NCBI RefSeq assembly: GCF_902652985.1
Contig: NC_047025.1
Coordinates: 31,372,001 to 31,436,000 of the forward strand
Length of the DNA: 64,000 nucleotides
From: Pecten maximus
Lineage: Eukaryota
Reading direction: 5' to 3'
Shown: positions 1-14,200 of the stretch, in pieces
Numbering within the stretch: the stretch's first letter is position 1
How the letters are laid out: every line of letters starts with the position of its first letter
The notes under the pieces: model-generated
What the model was told of the DNA's origin: nothing
Database searches by the model: none
What the model saw: the letters and a program-made list of their open reading frames with translations, nothing else
Program-made: the position numbers and the translations under genes

Positions 1-1015
1 ATATACCGACTAGCAAGGATCCACTGTACACAAAAAATCTCAATATCCTGACTAACAAGGTTCCACTGTACACAAAAAAATCTCAATGTCCTGACTATCA
101 AGATTCCACTGTACACAAACAACCACAATACTACCATAATGGTAGTGTACAAACAAACCAAAGTATCCAGACTAACAAACTTCTACTTTACACAAAAGCT
201 GATATTGTCCAGAATAGCAAGGTTCAACTTTACATAAAAGCTGATATTGTCCAAACTAACAAAGTTCCACTTTCAACACAATCAAATATTGCCCAGAATA
301 ACAAAGTTCCACTTTCAACACAATCAAATATTGCCCAGACTAACAAGGTTCCACTTTCAACACAATCAAATATTGCCCAGACTAACAAGGTTCCACTTTC
401 AACACAATCAAATATTGCCCAGACTAACAAAGTTCCACTTTCAACACAATCAAATATTGCCCAGACTAACAAGGTTCCACTTTCAACACAATCAAATATT
501 GCCCAGACTAACAAGGTTCCACTTTCAACACAATCAAATATTGCCCAGACTAACAAGGTTCCACTTTGAACACAATCAAATATTGCCCAGACTAACAAGG
601 TTCCACTTTCAACACAATCAAATATTGCCCAGACTAACAAGGTTCCACTTTCAACACAAACAAATATTTTCCAGACTAACGAGGTTCTATTTGCACACAA
701 ACTGATAGTGTCCAGACTAACGAGGTTCCACTGTGCACACAAACAAATATTGTCCAGACTGAAAAGGTTCCACTGTACACACAAACTGATATTGTCCAGA
801 CTGACAGGATTCTAACTAGTGAACACACAAACTAAAATATCCAGACAAGGTTCCACTTGAAACAGAAATTGTCCAAACTAACTATCTTCTAACTAGTGAA
901 CAAAAAACTGTCTGCAGTCTAGCAAGGTTCCACTTTAAACACAAACATATATTGTCAAGAATATGTATGTTCTAACTAGTGAACAAACAAACCAAAGTAT
1001 CCAGACAAGGTTCCA
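1..1015. repeat. 42-bp intronic minisatellite (about 10 homogeneous copies at ~255-660, degenerate flanks)
   Basis: Unit AACAAGGTTCCACTTTCAACACAATCAAATATTGCCCAGACT repeats with period 42. This explains the 14-aa-periodic ORFs 230..784 and 247..705. Confidence 0.95.
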
Positions 1016-1042
1016 GCGGTACTCTATATGGAGAGAACAGAA

Positions 1043-1923
1043 TACCTACCATGAGGACAGTTATATCTACCACGAAGACAGTTATACCTACCATGAGGAC
1101 AATCATACCTACCGTGAGGACAGTTATACCTACCATGAGGACAGTTATATCTACCATGAGGACAGTTATATCTACCATGAGGACAGTTATATCTACCATG
1201 AGGACAGTTATACCTACCATGAGGACAGTTATATCTACCATGAGGACAGTTATATCTACCATGAGGACAGTTATATCTACCATGAGGACAGTTATACCTA
1301 CCATGAGGACAGTTATATCTACCATGAGGACAGTTATACCTACCATGAGGACAGTTATATCTACCATGAGGACAGTTATACCTACCATGAGGACAGTTAT
1401 ATCTACCATGAGGACAGTTATACCTACCATGAGGACAGTTATATCTACCATGAGGACAGTTATATCTACCACGAAGACAGTTATACCTACCATGAGGACA
1501 GTTATACCTACCATGAGGACAGTTATACCTACCACGAAGACAGTTATACCTACCATGAGGACAGTTATACCTACCACGAAGACAGTTATACCTACCGTGA
1601 GGACAGTTATACCTACCATGAGGACAGTTATACCTACCATAAGGACAGTTATACCTACCATGAGGACAGTTATACCTACCATGAGGACAGTTATACCTAC
1701 CATGAGGACAGTTATACCTACCACGAAGACAGTTATACCTACCATGAGGACAGTTATACCTACCATGAGGACAGTTATACCTACCATGAGGACAGTTATA
1801 CCTACCATGAGGACAGTTATACCTACCATGAGGACAGTTATATCTACCATGAGGACAGTTATACCTACCATGAGGACAGTTATACCTACCACTGAGGACA
1901 GTTATACCTACCATGAGGACAGT
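1043..1923 (-). repeat. 21-bp minisatellite (~42 copies) whose unit is the exon end plus 5' splice site of the LDLa exon
   Basis: The plus unit is TACCATGAGGACAGTTATA(C/T)C; on the minus strand it reads AACTGTCCTCATG|GTAG(G/A)TAT. The first copy is continuous with the LDLa coding sequence. Confidence 0.95.
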
Positions 1924-4900
1924 TAGTTTCATCACTGTTATCCTCACACTCGGTAAGACCGTTACACTTCCATTCTTTGTATATACACTTTCCACTGCGA
2001 CAGCGGAACCTGTCTTGTGTGCATTTCCTCGTTATTAATGGACCTGGAATGAACAAACAGTGACAACTAAAAACAGTAATTGAAACTAAATGTTAATTGG
2101 GCCATAATACATGGTATTGCACCTGAATACGGCAACTTGCTCAAGTGAAATCCTATGTGTGCGGAACATGTGTGGCGCGACAAAGATAAATCCATGTAAC
2201 TGCTGATAAATAGATATACAATTTGAAGGAATTAAACATCAAATTTACTATTTATTTCCTTGATTATTTGTTCAATATTTACTTATTAAATGCTTTTTAT
2301 ATATAAGTATTTAGTCATAACCCTGCTGTCAAAGGAAACAACAATTACAAATCTGAAATCACATTCATGACATCCATGCACCTGATCGGCAAAGGGTTAT
2401 TCCTGCTTATATATATATATAGTGCGCAGTGAATTTGTCCACTTGTGAATTTTAGAAAAAGTGTGCACTATTCACGAATATTTATGGTATATACTGACAT
2501 TTTCCTCGTTTTTAACAAACAAAAACCTATCAATTTATTTGAAAATCAGACTTACCCATGATGTACATCAGTTCAAAGCCAGCCCCTGTTGTCATGTAGT
2601 CCGAGTTGAAATGAATTCTGACATGTTTTGTCTTGGAAATGTAAACCCTGGGGATGTTGCTTATTTCACCACATACTTTGATCTTTGGGTCAGGACCAAT
2701 CTCCAGGAAGTCACGGTCACAGGATCCCAGAATACCAGTCTCAACATCAAATGCTTTAAAACTGGAAATCAAAGCAACAAAAAGTGACCGCATGAGTGGT
2801 ATATAACTGACAGGGAAGAAACTGTTGTCATTGTGTCATAAATATTGATACTGTATGTATTACCTTAGATAGATACAGAATCTATAACAGTTTTCAAAAA
2901 AGTCATATACTAATAGGAGCATTTTTAATTTGACTTAATGCAAATTTATTTGAGATTTAAGTATTAGATTCTAAGCATTATTATATATGATGTACCAATG
3001 TGTATTTCAATGCCTCCTCTATAGTTCTGTGCAACTGGGAATCTTGGATGGGATTACATTTGATAAATGTTAATGTAAGTATATAAATGACCTGAAAATC
3101 TCTGAGGGTTCACATGAATGATGGTGCAAATGAACAGAGATTTTCTAATAAAGGAAGGTAATTCAGGGGAAAAAGAGCTAAAAAAAAAAAGGAAAAGACA
3201 ACTGGAGGAGGGGGAAAGGTGTTGGGAAAGAGTTTGAGAGTTGGGAAGGACAGGGTTGGATGTTTAGGGCGATGCATTTACTTAAACAACACTGGGGTCA
3301 TCAGGGAAACGTACATGGTAACGTTACAGGACTGAGCCTTATTCTGATTATGAAGCAGTGTTCCAGCTAGGTCGGGTTAGCAGGGCGCGACGCCCTGCCC
3401 CTAATTCAAAGTTAGAAATGCGCCCCGCCCCTTTTCCTGAAGTACTGCCCTTTTTCTAAGTGTCATTGATGCTCATTTTGCCTCGTATATTCTATATCCG
3501 ATTTGCTGAAGCCATGCAATATACAGTCAGTCACTAATTGGCCTCCTGTGACACTAGTCCCCTTACCTGTGGACCCTTATCCACGGGGGTCGATCCACGG
3601 TACTGACGCTGCCCGAGGCAGATCGGTCAGCTGGGGATCGAGCTGGTGTTTTAATAGATTCATTTAACCGTGACGAGTCGATAGGATCGGTTGGTAATCC
3701 AATTAAATCATAATCACGAAGGTTTTTTGAAGATGGACACAGTAATGATAATGGATGGAAATTAAATGTTGTTTTACTTATGTAAACAACTTTTGACAAG
3801 ACCGAAAAGAGCCGCACGTTTGTCGTAAAGTTATCCCATGAGCACGTGTGCATATATTGGCGATCGATCTATATATATCTTTAAAATTTTCTTCACATGA
3901 CAACACAAAATCCTTCTGGTTTTTACCAAGCAACTTTTAAGTAGATATCTAAATGATCATGAGATCACTTTCCAGTGATTTTCCAGTTATCCAAATTAGC
4001 TTTCGGTTGATTTTTTTGATGAAGTTTGGCGGGACGCCGGAAATGGTTCGTTGTAAATGCAGATGTCGCAAATTCCTTGTTGGATTGACGGATTTCTATA
4101 CAAAATGTTTATTTTTCATAAATAATTAAAGGACATGTAAAAATATCTGCTTATGTGAATAATGGTTGCAAAAGTTTAGTTTATATTGTGTTATTTTCGT
4201 ATCTGAAATGCCCACTCAGCATTAACTGCGGGTCATGTGATAGCCAAGTGATTACATTTCTGCAACACGCGGGACTGTTTGTTTACGAGAGCAACGGAAC
4301 AAATGTTTGATCAGAAACTTGCGAATCATGATCGGCCCCAATTTGCTTACCATTTCTTATAATTAATTCAAGAAAATGTGAACTTGCTATAATTTCCTGA
4401 TTTTAGTTTACCGTTATTTCTAAAGTGAAAGTAGAAATTTACCGCCGCTTACAAGATACATCATAGTTATATTCAGATAGATATTCTATTAAATAATAGA
4501 ATTTCTTTTAATTAATCATTTTTTTCTCGTATATGCTTTACCAACTTTTCTCTTTTGCTCCATCATATTTTCACCTACAGTTAGTCGTCTTACAATCACA
4601 ACGGACAGACCAGAGACCTATATTAATTAGTTAGTATATAGCTAGGTCTCTGGTCAGACTAGCTTCTGGTTGAAAATATCGCTCTATTGACTATAACTGA
4701 TAGTAACATTTTGATTGAACGTAATTATCATATATGGATTCTCTCAATACACCCTTAAATTGAAATAATGCTAATATCATTTTATTTTTGAATTACTCTA
4801 GGTCATAACTTTTACCATCCAAATTTAAAACAATATTTGAAGAATAAAGAGAAGAAAGAAGATATCCTTTTTACACACAAACGAAATAATAATAAAAAAA

Positions 4901-7900
4901 ATCAACAGATTTCTATTTGTCTCCTATGAATTAGGTCACATGTAATGCATGGATGTACTTGAATTGTCCTGTAAAATAAGGTAGAAGATAGATAGGCCCG
5001 GAAAAATGTCGCACACAAAAATGCCCCTTTTTTAGGCAGCGCCCTGCCCTTTTCAAATCCTAGCTGGAACACTGTGAAGGAATATATACAAACCTGATGG
5101 TGATGACATCATTGGTGTTTCCAGTGATGAACCAGTCCTTACAGAGGTTGGTGGGGTATGGGGATGGATAGTCAGGACTGGTGATAGTGCCGTGGTCCTT
5201 GTTGTATTCCTCACTCTTACAGATGTCTGTAAATCACAATAATACCATAATGTTTCAGTTTTTTATATCATTTTAACTTATTTTGCCTTTAGTTTAATCC
5301 AAAACTTGGTTTGCTATATATGTGTATTATTAAATAGACTCCATTTTGTATCAATCACGTTAAAGGATGAATGCTATATTCCTTCTAGATCATGAGTTCG
5401 AGGCTCAGTCAGGGCATGAGTGTACCGACAGTAACCCAGTAAGTCTTTCAGGTATTTGACGCCTATGACTCGAAAAGTGTGTTGATATAAGCTTAGGTCA
5501 TTTATATGAGAATATATATATACCAGGTATAATTTTAAAAATTTCAAACCAAAATATCATGACCTGGAATCTTTCAACACTTAAAAAAAGAAAATGCCAA
5601 GGAATTTTATTTGGGCACCATATGCATACAGCTACAGTAGAACAGTGAAAAATCATATAACAATGGTGATAACAAATGCTCAAAAGTGAATCAAACTATG
5701 ATCACCAACATGACAATACCTGGCTTTACCTCCTGAGCATGTTCCGACAGCTGAGTGACATGAGCCACACTAACCCTCTATTTTACATAATTTTACTACG
5801 GTAGTTATACCTCTTCTGTTATATTGTTCAGTGTTTGTTCTGTCTTGATTGTGTCTAATAATACATTATATAGGTCTCTGATGAAATGAATGTCTCCATA
5901 TATATGAGAGATTAAACATTTTATCAATAATATAACTTTTAAGTCTATAATAGTAATGTCAGAAACACAATATTAATAATGACTATTGATCACCATCAAA
6001 ATCTTACATACATACTGTATACCTGGTATTTTTCGCCCCAGGTTATTTTCGACCTTGAGCAACACAAAAGATATTCGCCTGTTTTAATTTCGCCCTAAAC
6101 TACTTTTTAAGAAATGTCTTTTCCTTGTTTATAATCAGAAAATTCTGTTCAGAATTCTCTCACAACACTCTGGATTTATCTAATTCCCCCATTTTCTTTT
6201 CTTTGCATATCCCGCTGAGGTGTGAAATGTAATCAGGTGTGAAATAAACAATCTTTACCTGTGTTTTTCCAGATTTGTTTAGATTATCATATAACTACTT
6301 TAAAGATCAGTTCTTGTAGAAAAATATTCTTGTGTGTGTCTGTTTCAGGTTTAGTTAATAGAAATATTTTTTGTTTATCATACCCGGAATGGCGAATGCA
6401 CAGGTCAATGTTAACTTCATCAACAACATATATTGTCATAATTAATAGTTAACATCTAAAACTGGTGCTTTCGAATTTAGAAAACAATTTCTAATTTAAT
6501 TATTTTTTATTTGTATATTTAATCTGATATTGTCATTATCAATAGCAAAATTTATAGTTAGGCATAGTGCTTTGAAAATTTGATTTTTTATTTATCATAA
6601 TTATATAAGTTATACAGTATATATTTATTGATATAATATTTTCATTTCATTACTACTAGTAAAATATTCTATATGATAGTGCTTTGAATTTAGAAAACTA
6701 TATCTGATTCATATACCTGAGCTGACCCTATTTTTTTGGGGTCTTCCCCGAACACCAACTCTGGTGAGGGTGGGGTGTTTACATAGGGGTTAAGGTGTGT
6801 TGATAGGGAGTTATAGTCTGTTACAGAAATATCCTCAATGTAAGAACACAGGTAAATCAGAACACATGTAAATCAGAACACAGGTAAATCAACTTAGCTG
6901 ATCAGAAAAGCATTCACTGTTAATGATTGCCAAACTGTTTCAAAAAATAGTGTATAAAACTGAAGCACGCTTTGGAAAATCATCATATTTTGCTTCGATA
7001 TTTGAATTATCAACATCTTGGCATACATATGTATTTACTGAATCTTGAATTGTAAATCAATTGTATCGTTGGATTTTAATTTTATTAAATTTAGCGTCTT
7101 ATTGATTTAATTTGTGCTTGTTTTCAGATTTAATGTAAATATTTAGAAAAAAATGTGATTGTTTAATTTACATTCTTTTATATTATTTCAGCAAATTCAA
7201 CCTTGTATCATTTTTCATTTATGATGCAAATATTATATATATCTGATTATCAACATATAAATTAGCATTTAAATTGGCATAATTACGGAATCTTAAATTC
7301 ATACTTTTTACTGGAAAGCAATATTAACCCTAACTATTATATAACACAATATAGATCAGTTAGGCCTACTGCAAAACTATTGTAATATTTTTGTAAAGTT
7401 GTATCTGTTCCAGGTTTGATCAGTACAAAAGTTTTCTTCAACTCGCTATAATGCCTTTTTCCAGATTTGATAAGATTACCATATACATGTAATTACATTA
7501 TAGATCAGCTCTTGTAGAGCAATATTCATGTGTGTATTTGTTTCAGGTTTAGTTAGTAGAAATATTTTTAGCGAACGCACAAGTCAACGTTAATTTCATC
7601 ATTAACAGATATTGCCATTATTAATAGTAGCATCTATAATTAGAGCTTTGAATTTAGAAAACAATTTTATTTATTTTCTATTTATATATCTTAATATGAT
7701 ATTGTCATTATCAATAGTAAAATTTATAGTTAGGCATAGTGCTTTGAAAATTTGATTTTTTATTTATCATAATTATATAAGTTATACAGTATATATTTAT
7801 TGATATAATATTTTCATTTCATTACTACTAGTAAAATATTCTATATGATAGTGCTTTGAATTTAGAAAACTATATCTGATTCATGTACCTGAGCTGACCC

Positions 7901-9088
7901 TATTTTTTTTACCTGAGTTGGTATTTCATATTGAAACAGACTATAACTAAACTTCAAAGAACTCCCTACATAAACACCTTCCTTTGTCTTTACCAGAGTT
8001 GGTGTTCGGGAAATGAGCCATTCAGATTTACTTTTAGCCTATTTTGATTCAAATAGTATCAGGTATGCATGGTCGATTTTAAGCAAACATGATGAGTGGT
8101 AAGTTCACCATACCGTGACTAATTACTGACCAGTGCTTTCTCTGGTCCATTTGACATCGATGGAAGCCACAAGCAACGATGAACTCATAAAATCAGTCTT
8201 CACAATGGCAAGAATTTGATGCTATTTTGGTTGCATCATTTAAAAAAATGATTTTAAAAGTTAGTTATATAATTAGTATTTATAGGGTTTTTTTTTTAAA
8301 TCAAATATACTAAACCTAGTACACTGTCTTAGCCCATATTCTCGATTTAACTCAATGTAATATTGCAAATTTACAAGGCCTAGATTTAGATCTAGATTTT
8401 ATTTCATATGCATATATATAGATTGGAATAAAACAATAAATAATTTTTAAATTTAGTGTAAATATATAACACGTGTTGCTTGTATAGAATAAAACACACT
8501 TGAAAAGTATGAGGGTATGTTTAGGATCCGACTACAATTAGCCTATGTACAGTAACTTGTAAATCCTGCAATTGAGCTTGAAATTTTTGCTGTCATCTAA
8601 ATTCGCCCTATCATCAAAGGGCGAAAATTAAACGTGGGCGAAAATTACAAAGTATACAAGTTTATACATACCTGTTGACTGGGACCTGACACACGAACCC
8701 AGCAGATTGATAAGGTACAATACACTTACAGCTGAAATGAAATCATGATCAGTGGTAATTAATTATGAACTTGTATCATATATCTGATATATAAACATAA
8801 GCAGATCCTATATTCAACTTTTTTATATTGACAGTAAAACAAGAAGCATTAATTACACTAGGTATGCTGTAGTTCAGAAAACATATGAACAAATATGGAC
8901 ATATGAACAAGTATAGATAGAGGTCATTTTGTTCTTTCGCATTAAGATGAATTAATAAGATAATCACTTACATATCCGATATGTCTGTAACAAGGTAGGC
9001 CTATTTATGTAAACAAAACAGCTGACATTAAAAATAGATAAAAAAAAAAAACCGTCATAATCTTACTTGACAATCCAAAGTTAATCAT
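1912..9088 (-). CDS. Signal peptide-CUB-LDLa receptor-like protein (LRP3/10/12-like architecture); 5' portion only, continues beyond the left edge
   Basis: Phase-consistent GT-AG exons. 9088-9067 MINFGLS. 8731-8672 (T)VSVLYLINLLGSCVRSQST, signal-peptide-like. 5226-5094 DICKSEEYNKDHGTITSPDYPSPYPTNLCKDWFITGNTNDVITI and 2761-2556 SFKAFDVETGILGSCDRDFLEI...VRIHFNSDYMTTGAGFELMY together form a CUB domain. 2043-1912 CTQDRFRCRSGKCIYKEWKCNGLTECEDNSDETNC is an LDL-receptor class A repeat. Confidence 0.88.
3356..5074. mobile_element. Non-autonomous DNA transposon with a 5-bp TSD (hAT5-like)
   Basis: TIR CAGTGTTCCAGCTAGG ... CCTAGCTGGAACACTG, flanked on both sides by TGAAG. Subterminal GCCCTGCCC motifs occur at both ends. 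Confidence 0.85.
4611..4652. mobile_element. Tiny palindromic MITE (P-like) nested in the hAT5-like element
   Basis: CAGAGACCTA...TAGGTCTCTG hairpin with near-identical 7-bp flanks GACAGAC/GTCAGAC. Confidence 0.5.
6012..8659. mobile_element. Composite non-autonomous DNA transposon-like element with an internal duplication
   Basis: Imperfect inverted ends: TACTGTATAC...TTTTCGCCC on the left and GGGCGAAAATTACAAAGTATACA on the right. Internal direct repeat ~6264-6737 vs ~7456-7910; internal inverted repeat ~6746-6825 vs ~7934-8010. Confidence 0.55.
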
Positions 9089-11242
9089 CGTTAATTTATA
9101 TCTGGTGTCTCGTCATCAACACATCATCTCTAGCGAATACATCCTTACACTTCCTTCACACACACTTGTACTAATTAAGCATCGCGTTTTGTTATTGTTT
9201 ATGACAATGTTTGACAGCAGGTGCTTGGTTTTCAATCTGTCGACAAATTCGAGACCATGGTTGTTCAGCCTGACAGTTTACAGGACTACTGATGTTTCCA
9301 TTTAGGTAAATCTTAATGTCTCGTCTTAACAGCTAACCGACGACAGCACGTGATCTAGATCCTTTTCTAGAAGGACTTGCAGGGCTGGTGTGTCCTCCAT
9401 GGTGAACTTCCGCGTTGAACGTCCAAGTTCCGGGGTGTCTAAAATGGTATCGGAAAACGGTGTCCGGAATCTTATCACTCATTGCTCCTGACATGAAAAT
9501 GTTACAGTACAGTCAGTAGCAGAGACAATATAAGTAATCTTTCGAGTTATCTTTCGAAACTGACTTGTTTTACTACATACTTAATAATTAATACATTAAT
9601 ACGGTGATGTTTTTGCTGTACTGTAGGGATTGAGTTACACGTTATAGCTCTATTCAGATATATATTGATGTTCAAACGCTTCATAGCAACAAATATATAG
9701 AAGATACATCAATTTCATTTTGACAAATAAAGTACATATGGAGGGTTTTCGATCATTGGACAGTCAGATCTGAAATAGAAATATAACATATAATACATGT
9801 ATTACAAAAAAAAAATGTGGTTGACTTTTACTGTGCTCGGCTAATTTAATTATATTCAAAATGCTTAATTGACAGTGATTTAATTTATACCATTTGACGG
9901 GTGATTGGTCTCATCAGCTGTTTATCAAAAAGCGAATTTCATCCTTACATCTGAAGTAACTCTGTTCACAGTCCTCCAATGAATCACAGTTTCATAAAAA
10001 AATCTTTGTTGCTATCGTCATTGATACTCTTATATGTATGTGTTTTAGGAGTGAGCGGACTGTCACTATCACATTTTGTAGTTGGTTTAGTTTCGAAAGA
10101 TAACATTGATTCTGCTAACTGTATAACCTTCAATATAGTTTCTCAGGCTTGTCTCAACGAAGGCATACATTTTGTATATATTTCTCTCGGTATCATTCTT
10201 TAAAATAAATGCCCTGCATATCTGCCCCCCCCTCCCAAAAATGAATAAATAAATAAATAAATAAATGCCGAACAGTGTTTAATAGGCATTTATTTCTGTA
10301 CGTCGTCTTTAAAAATGCTACGCAGTTTTACATTTTAAAAAACGCTGGGCAGTTTTACATTAAGTTATGTAAGTTTCACATAAGGCTCTGCCAGCCCATA
10401 TCGGCCATCGTAGAAAAGGGCATTGGACACATATTTCATTAACTAGTTTTAACCATAGCATTTGCCATTTCAACAGAAATATATAACTAGGCTTGTGAAT
10501 TTAGCAAAATTGTGGTTCGATTTTCAGCGGGCAAAAAAAAAAATAAAAAAAAAATCAAATAGTATTTTAATTCTAATCAATTATCGCAATGCACATTCCT
10601 GATACCCAGTCGTCTTAATATGATAAATACTGCTTTGTAACATCACAATACGTGTATATTATTACATTATTATATTATTATCATCTCGTATATCATATCA
10701 TGTGTAACGAACCCCTTTGGTTAATGGAAGAGAATACGTATAATTAAAGTCTCACATGGAGTGTTAGCACAATTCGTAGATCTCTCTCAGTACAGTTTTG
10801 CTAAAAAGATATTTTTCTTTCTCCTAAATGGAATTTCTTTCCCCTTTTTCGACTTTTGGCATGCAACGTTTAGATATGATGTCGAAATGGTCATATACTA
10901 TCTAATTATCCTCTTTCAAGTGTATACATCAGTATATAGACCACGGACTTATATCTAAGTCTTTGATTAAAATCCACTGTTGAGGTAATAACTTTGCATT
11001 TATATATATATTATTTATATATTTAATGTCATACTCGTTAATTTAACAGAATACATCCACTAATCAGCTTTTTTACCAATTTTATAAAAGTCTCAACATA
11101 ATTTATGTGGGAGTTACCTCCCCTGTCTGGCCCTGGATACAGATAAACAACGTGTATGTGCACGCACGCATCTTCAGGAGGTCAATTACTATCACTGGAT
11201 GGACATTGAGTAAATGTTAGGGCTACCTCAACGTGTTTGACA

Positions 11243-14200
11243 ATGGTAAGTACGTCATTGCATGTATGTTATCTTTTAGCCATTACAGTATAATTATATT
11301 AGAAATCTAGTAGAACAGTGTATCGATATGCATGTACAATATGTACCACTGAGGAGCGACCCCGCCCCCTTTCTGCAGGTACGTGTACATGCTGCATCGA
11401 GAACACAAAAGTTGATCTAGGTATCACACACGCAAGTGGTTCCAGTCCTCATATGTGATACTATACAGAGTCTAGTGCTGACGTATATTTGCATGCACGT
11501 GAACTACCTATTACATATATATAATATGACAAATGTGCGCATCGACGAATGTATGATTTATGTTAATGATAGTGTATACGAATCGATACTGTCATTGAAG
11601 CGATTTTGGTGTATTTTCCATTTAATGCTATGTGAAAAATAGCCAATTTTAGTCTCATAAGTGATGTCATGCTAGCCCAATTAAATTTCCCCAGGTCAAG
11701 CATGATCGAGCTATAGGTAGCTGTCAATTACAGTAGTTTGGCCGGTATTGGGGCCAGAGGAAACCCGGGCTAAGAATTACGTGTCTTTTGAATTCAACAG
11801 ATTACCGGGGTCAGACTAGAATTCTCCGTTAGACCTATGTCACAGACTTGTTTGTACAAGATATCATAGTTGTATTGGTGTAATCGCTATATATATAGAG
11901 CAAAATTCCTGGTAACAATATATCTTGGTTAAGTGTAATTGATATTTACTTGTTTAAATATGAACGCAAATTAAGAAATGCAATCCATGTATTGATAAAA
12001 AAAAAACATATCGCGTTAATTGCATATAAAAAGTATGTATCATACATGGTCACATTTGTTTTACATGTGTCAATTATAGCTCTATATGCTTTCAAAATCC
12101 TAAGTAACAAAGATAACTACATGACAAATCGAGACCAATGCCCGTAATAAAGCGACAGCGAAAGTTTGAAATATTATTTAAATACCAGCTGATAAGTCCA
12201 CGCTACAGGCATGTACTTTAGCACTGTCTTGCGTCTTGAATGGAACAATGTAATATATGTAGCTAATCTTTTTAAATGATATTAAAGCTACTTGTCTCCC
12301 GGTGTATCTATTACACAGGGAGTTAGCACATTTTCCCAACTGTATATACTGAGAACAGTAACTGGGGACGGGCATCAATTGCCGAGTCTCTGATATATAT
12401 ATCTGAGATTTCAAGTCAGTTAAAAACTTGTCAATGATTTGACATCATCCCTGATAACTGTATCATAAGCTTGTGACCTCTGTACCGGTATACTTTGTGT
12501 CATGCGACATATTCAATAAATATGTCAATCGATACCACCTACCATACATTAAAGACTCGACGCTCTACAAGCACATAATTTGGAGATTTATTTAATTAAT
12601 TTTAATTTAATTTCGTCTTCATTATAAAACCATGCATTCAATTGCAAGCGTAGATATACTTTCCTCGCTAATATCTATAAACACGATTCATCACATCCAG
12701 AGTATGAACACATCTTTTTAACTTTCTCTGCTTTAGCTTGTTACCAAATCCTCTTGTATACTTTTGATTTATTGTATTGTATTACTTATTCTCTAATAAA
12801 TATTGTTTAAACTAACTTTCTCTGTCATGCTGATCGTCGATTTCCTTCATTTCGACTATTTCGAGTTGTCATGTTTGCGTGGACGACACGCGACAAACAT
12901 AACGTTACCCGACAAAATCGACATTAAAATACTGTCACGTGATTGGGTTTTGCTTTGTCGCGTTAATTTTCCGCGTTGTGGCCAACGCGAAATGGCCGTA
13001 ATACCGGACACTTCAATAGATACTGATCAATTGCCATTTTTGTATTATTTTTAGTTTGATTTCTGTGTTTTATAGGAGAAGCCGTCCGGAGATTCCACAC
13101 ACGTGGCGGATATACTAGAAGGACTATGTCGATTATGGAAAGAACATCGCCACACTGACGTCACATTGGGTGATGGCAAAACATCCTCTCAAGCTCACAG
13201 GATTTTGGTGGACGCATTTATGCCACAAGTAGGCATGACATGCAGAACAAAATCCGTCATCAAACTTTCTGAACTTCCAAAGCCCATAGATGTAATTCTC
13301 GCTTGGCTCTATACCTTACCGGAAATGACATCAGATATACTAAAACTTGATATGAAGCCAGTGGCGTCTGCTCTTAAAATCAATTTTATTCTTAACTATA
13401 AACCAAAAGTGGTCAAAGGTAAAATCACGACGTATATCCAGCTAAGGAAATCCTGGATGGCGGAGTTTTCTACAAAACTACGACAGTGCTACAAAGATGG
13501 TACATTTAGTGACGTCATTCTTAAGGTTGAAGGTCAAACATTTCGGTGCCATAAAGCCATTCTCGCCTCTGTTTCCCCTTTTTTCGATACAATGTTTCTT
13601 TCGGGAATGCGTGAAACAGACGCTGATGAGATTGATTTGCATGGTATAAAGAAGTCGGACTTCGTTAAAATTCTGAACGCTATATATCTTGGAGAAGAAT
13701 GCGTTACCGTGACAAATGTCGAAAGTCTTATTTCAATGTGCTCCTATTTTCAACTGAGCAGACTACAGAGGCAATGTGAGAGGTTCCTGACCAGTAACGT
13801 TGATCCAGATAATATCCTCGGTGTGTTGAGACTGGCTGAACTAAATTCTATTGACTCTTTACGTAAGAAAGCTCTGTCTTATATCGTTCACAACTTCCAC
13901 GAAGTTGTCAGGAGCAAAGAATATTCGACACTGTCGAGAGATCAGCTACTGGACTTCATTAAAAACGACAATCTAGATGTGGTAGACGAAACGGAAGTAT
14001 TCGAAGCCGTTCTAAAGTGGTTTTCATCAAACAATCGACCAGACGAAGATCTTGAAATTCTTTTTCAAGGCCTAAGTCTCCCGGATGTTAGACAGTCAGC
14101 CATCAAGACCGCAATAACTAATGAGAAACTTCCACGAGATTCATGCAATCTCCTGAAAACGCTCGTCGACAAAGTTAACACCGGAACTGTGAGAATACGC

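Noticed and set aside
230-1995. Long periodic ORFs (YHEDSYT, GRYNCPH, MVGITVL, FHFQHNQILPRLTR repeats) as novel proteins
   Set aside because: They arise from stop-free 21- and 42-bp units open in several frames on both strands, and they lie in an intron of the CUB-LDLa gene.
13103-13105. ORF-track start (GTG) of the kelch protein
   Set aside because: The frame is open back to a splice acceptor at 13075, so in this eukaryotic gene the start lies in an upstream exon.
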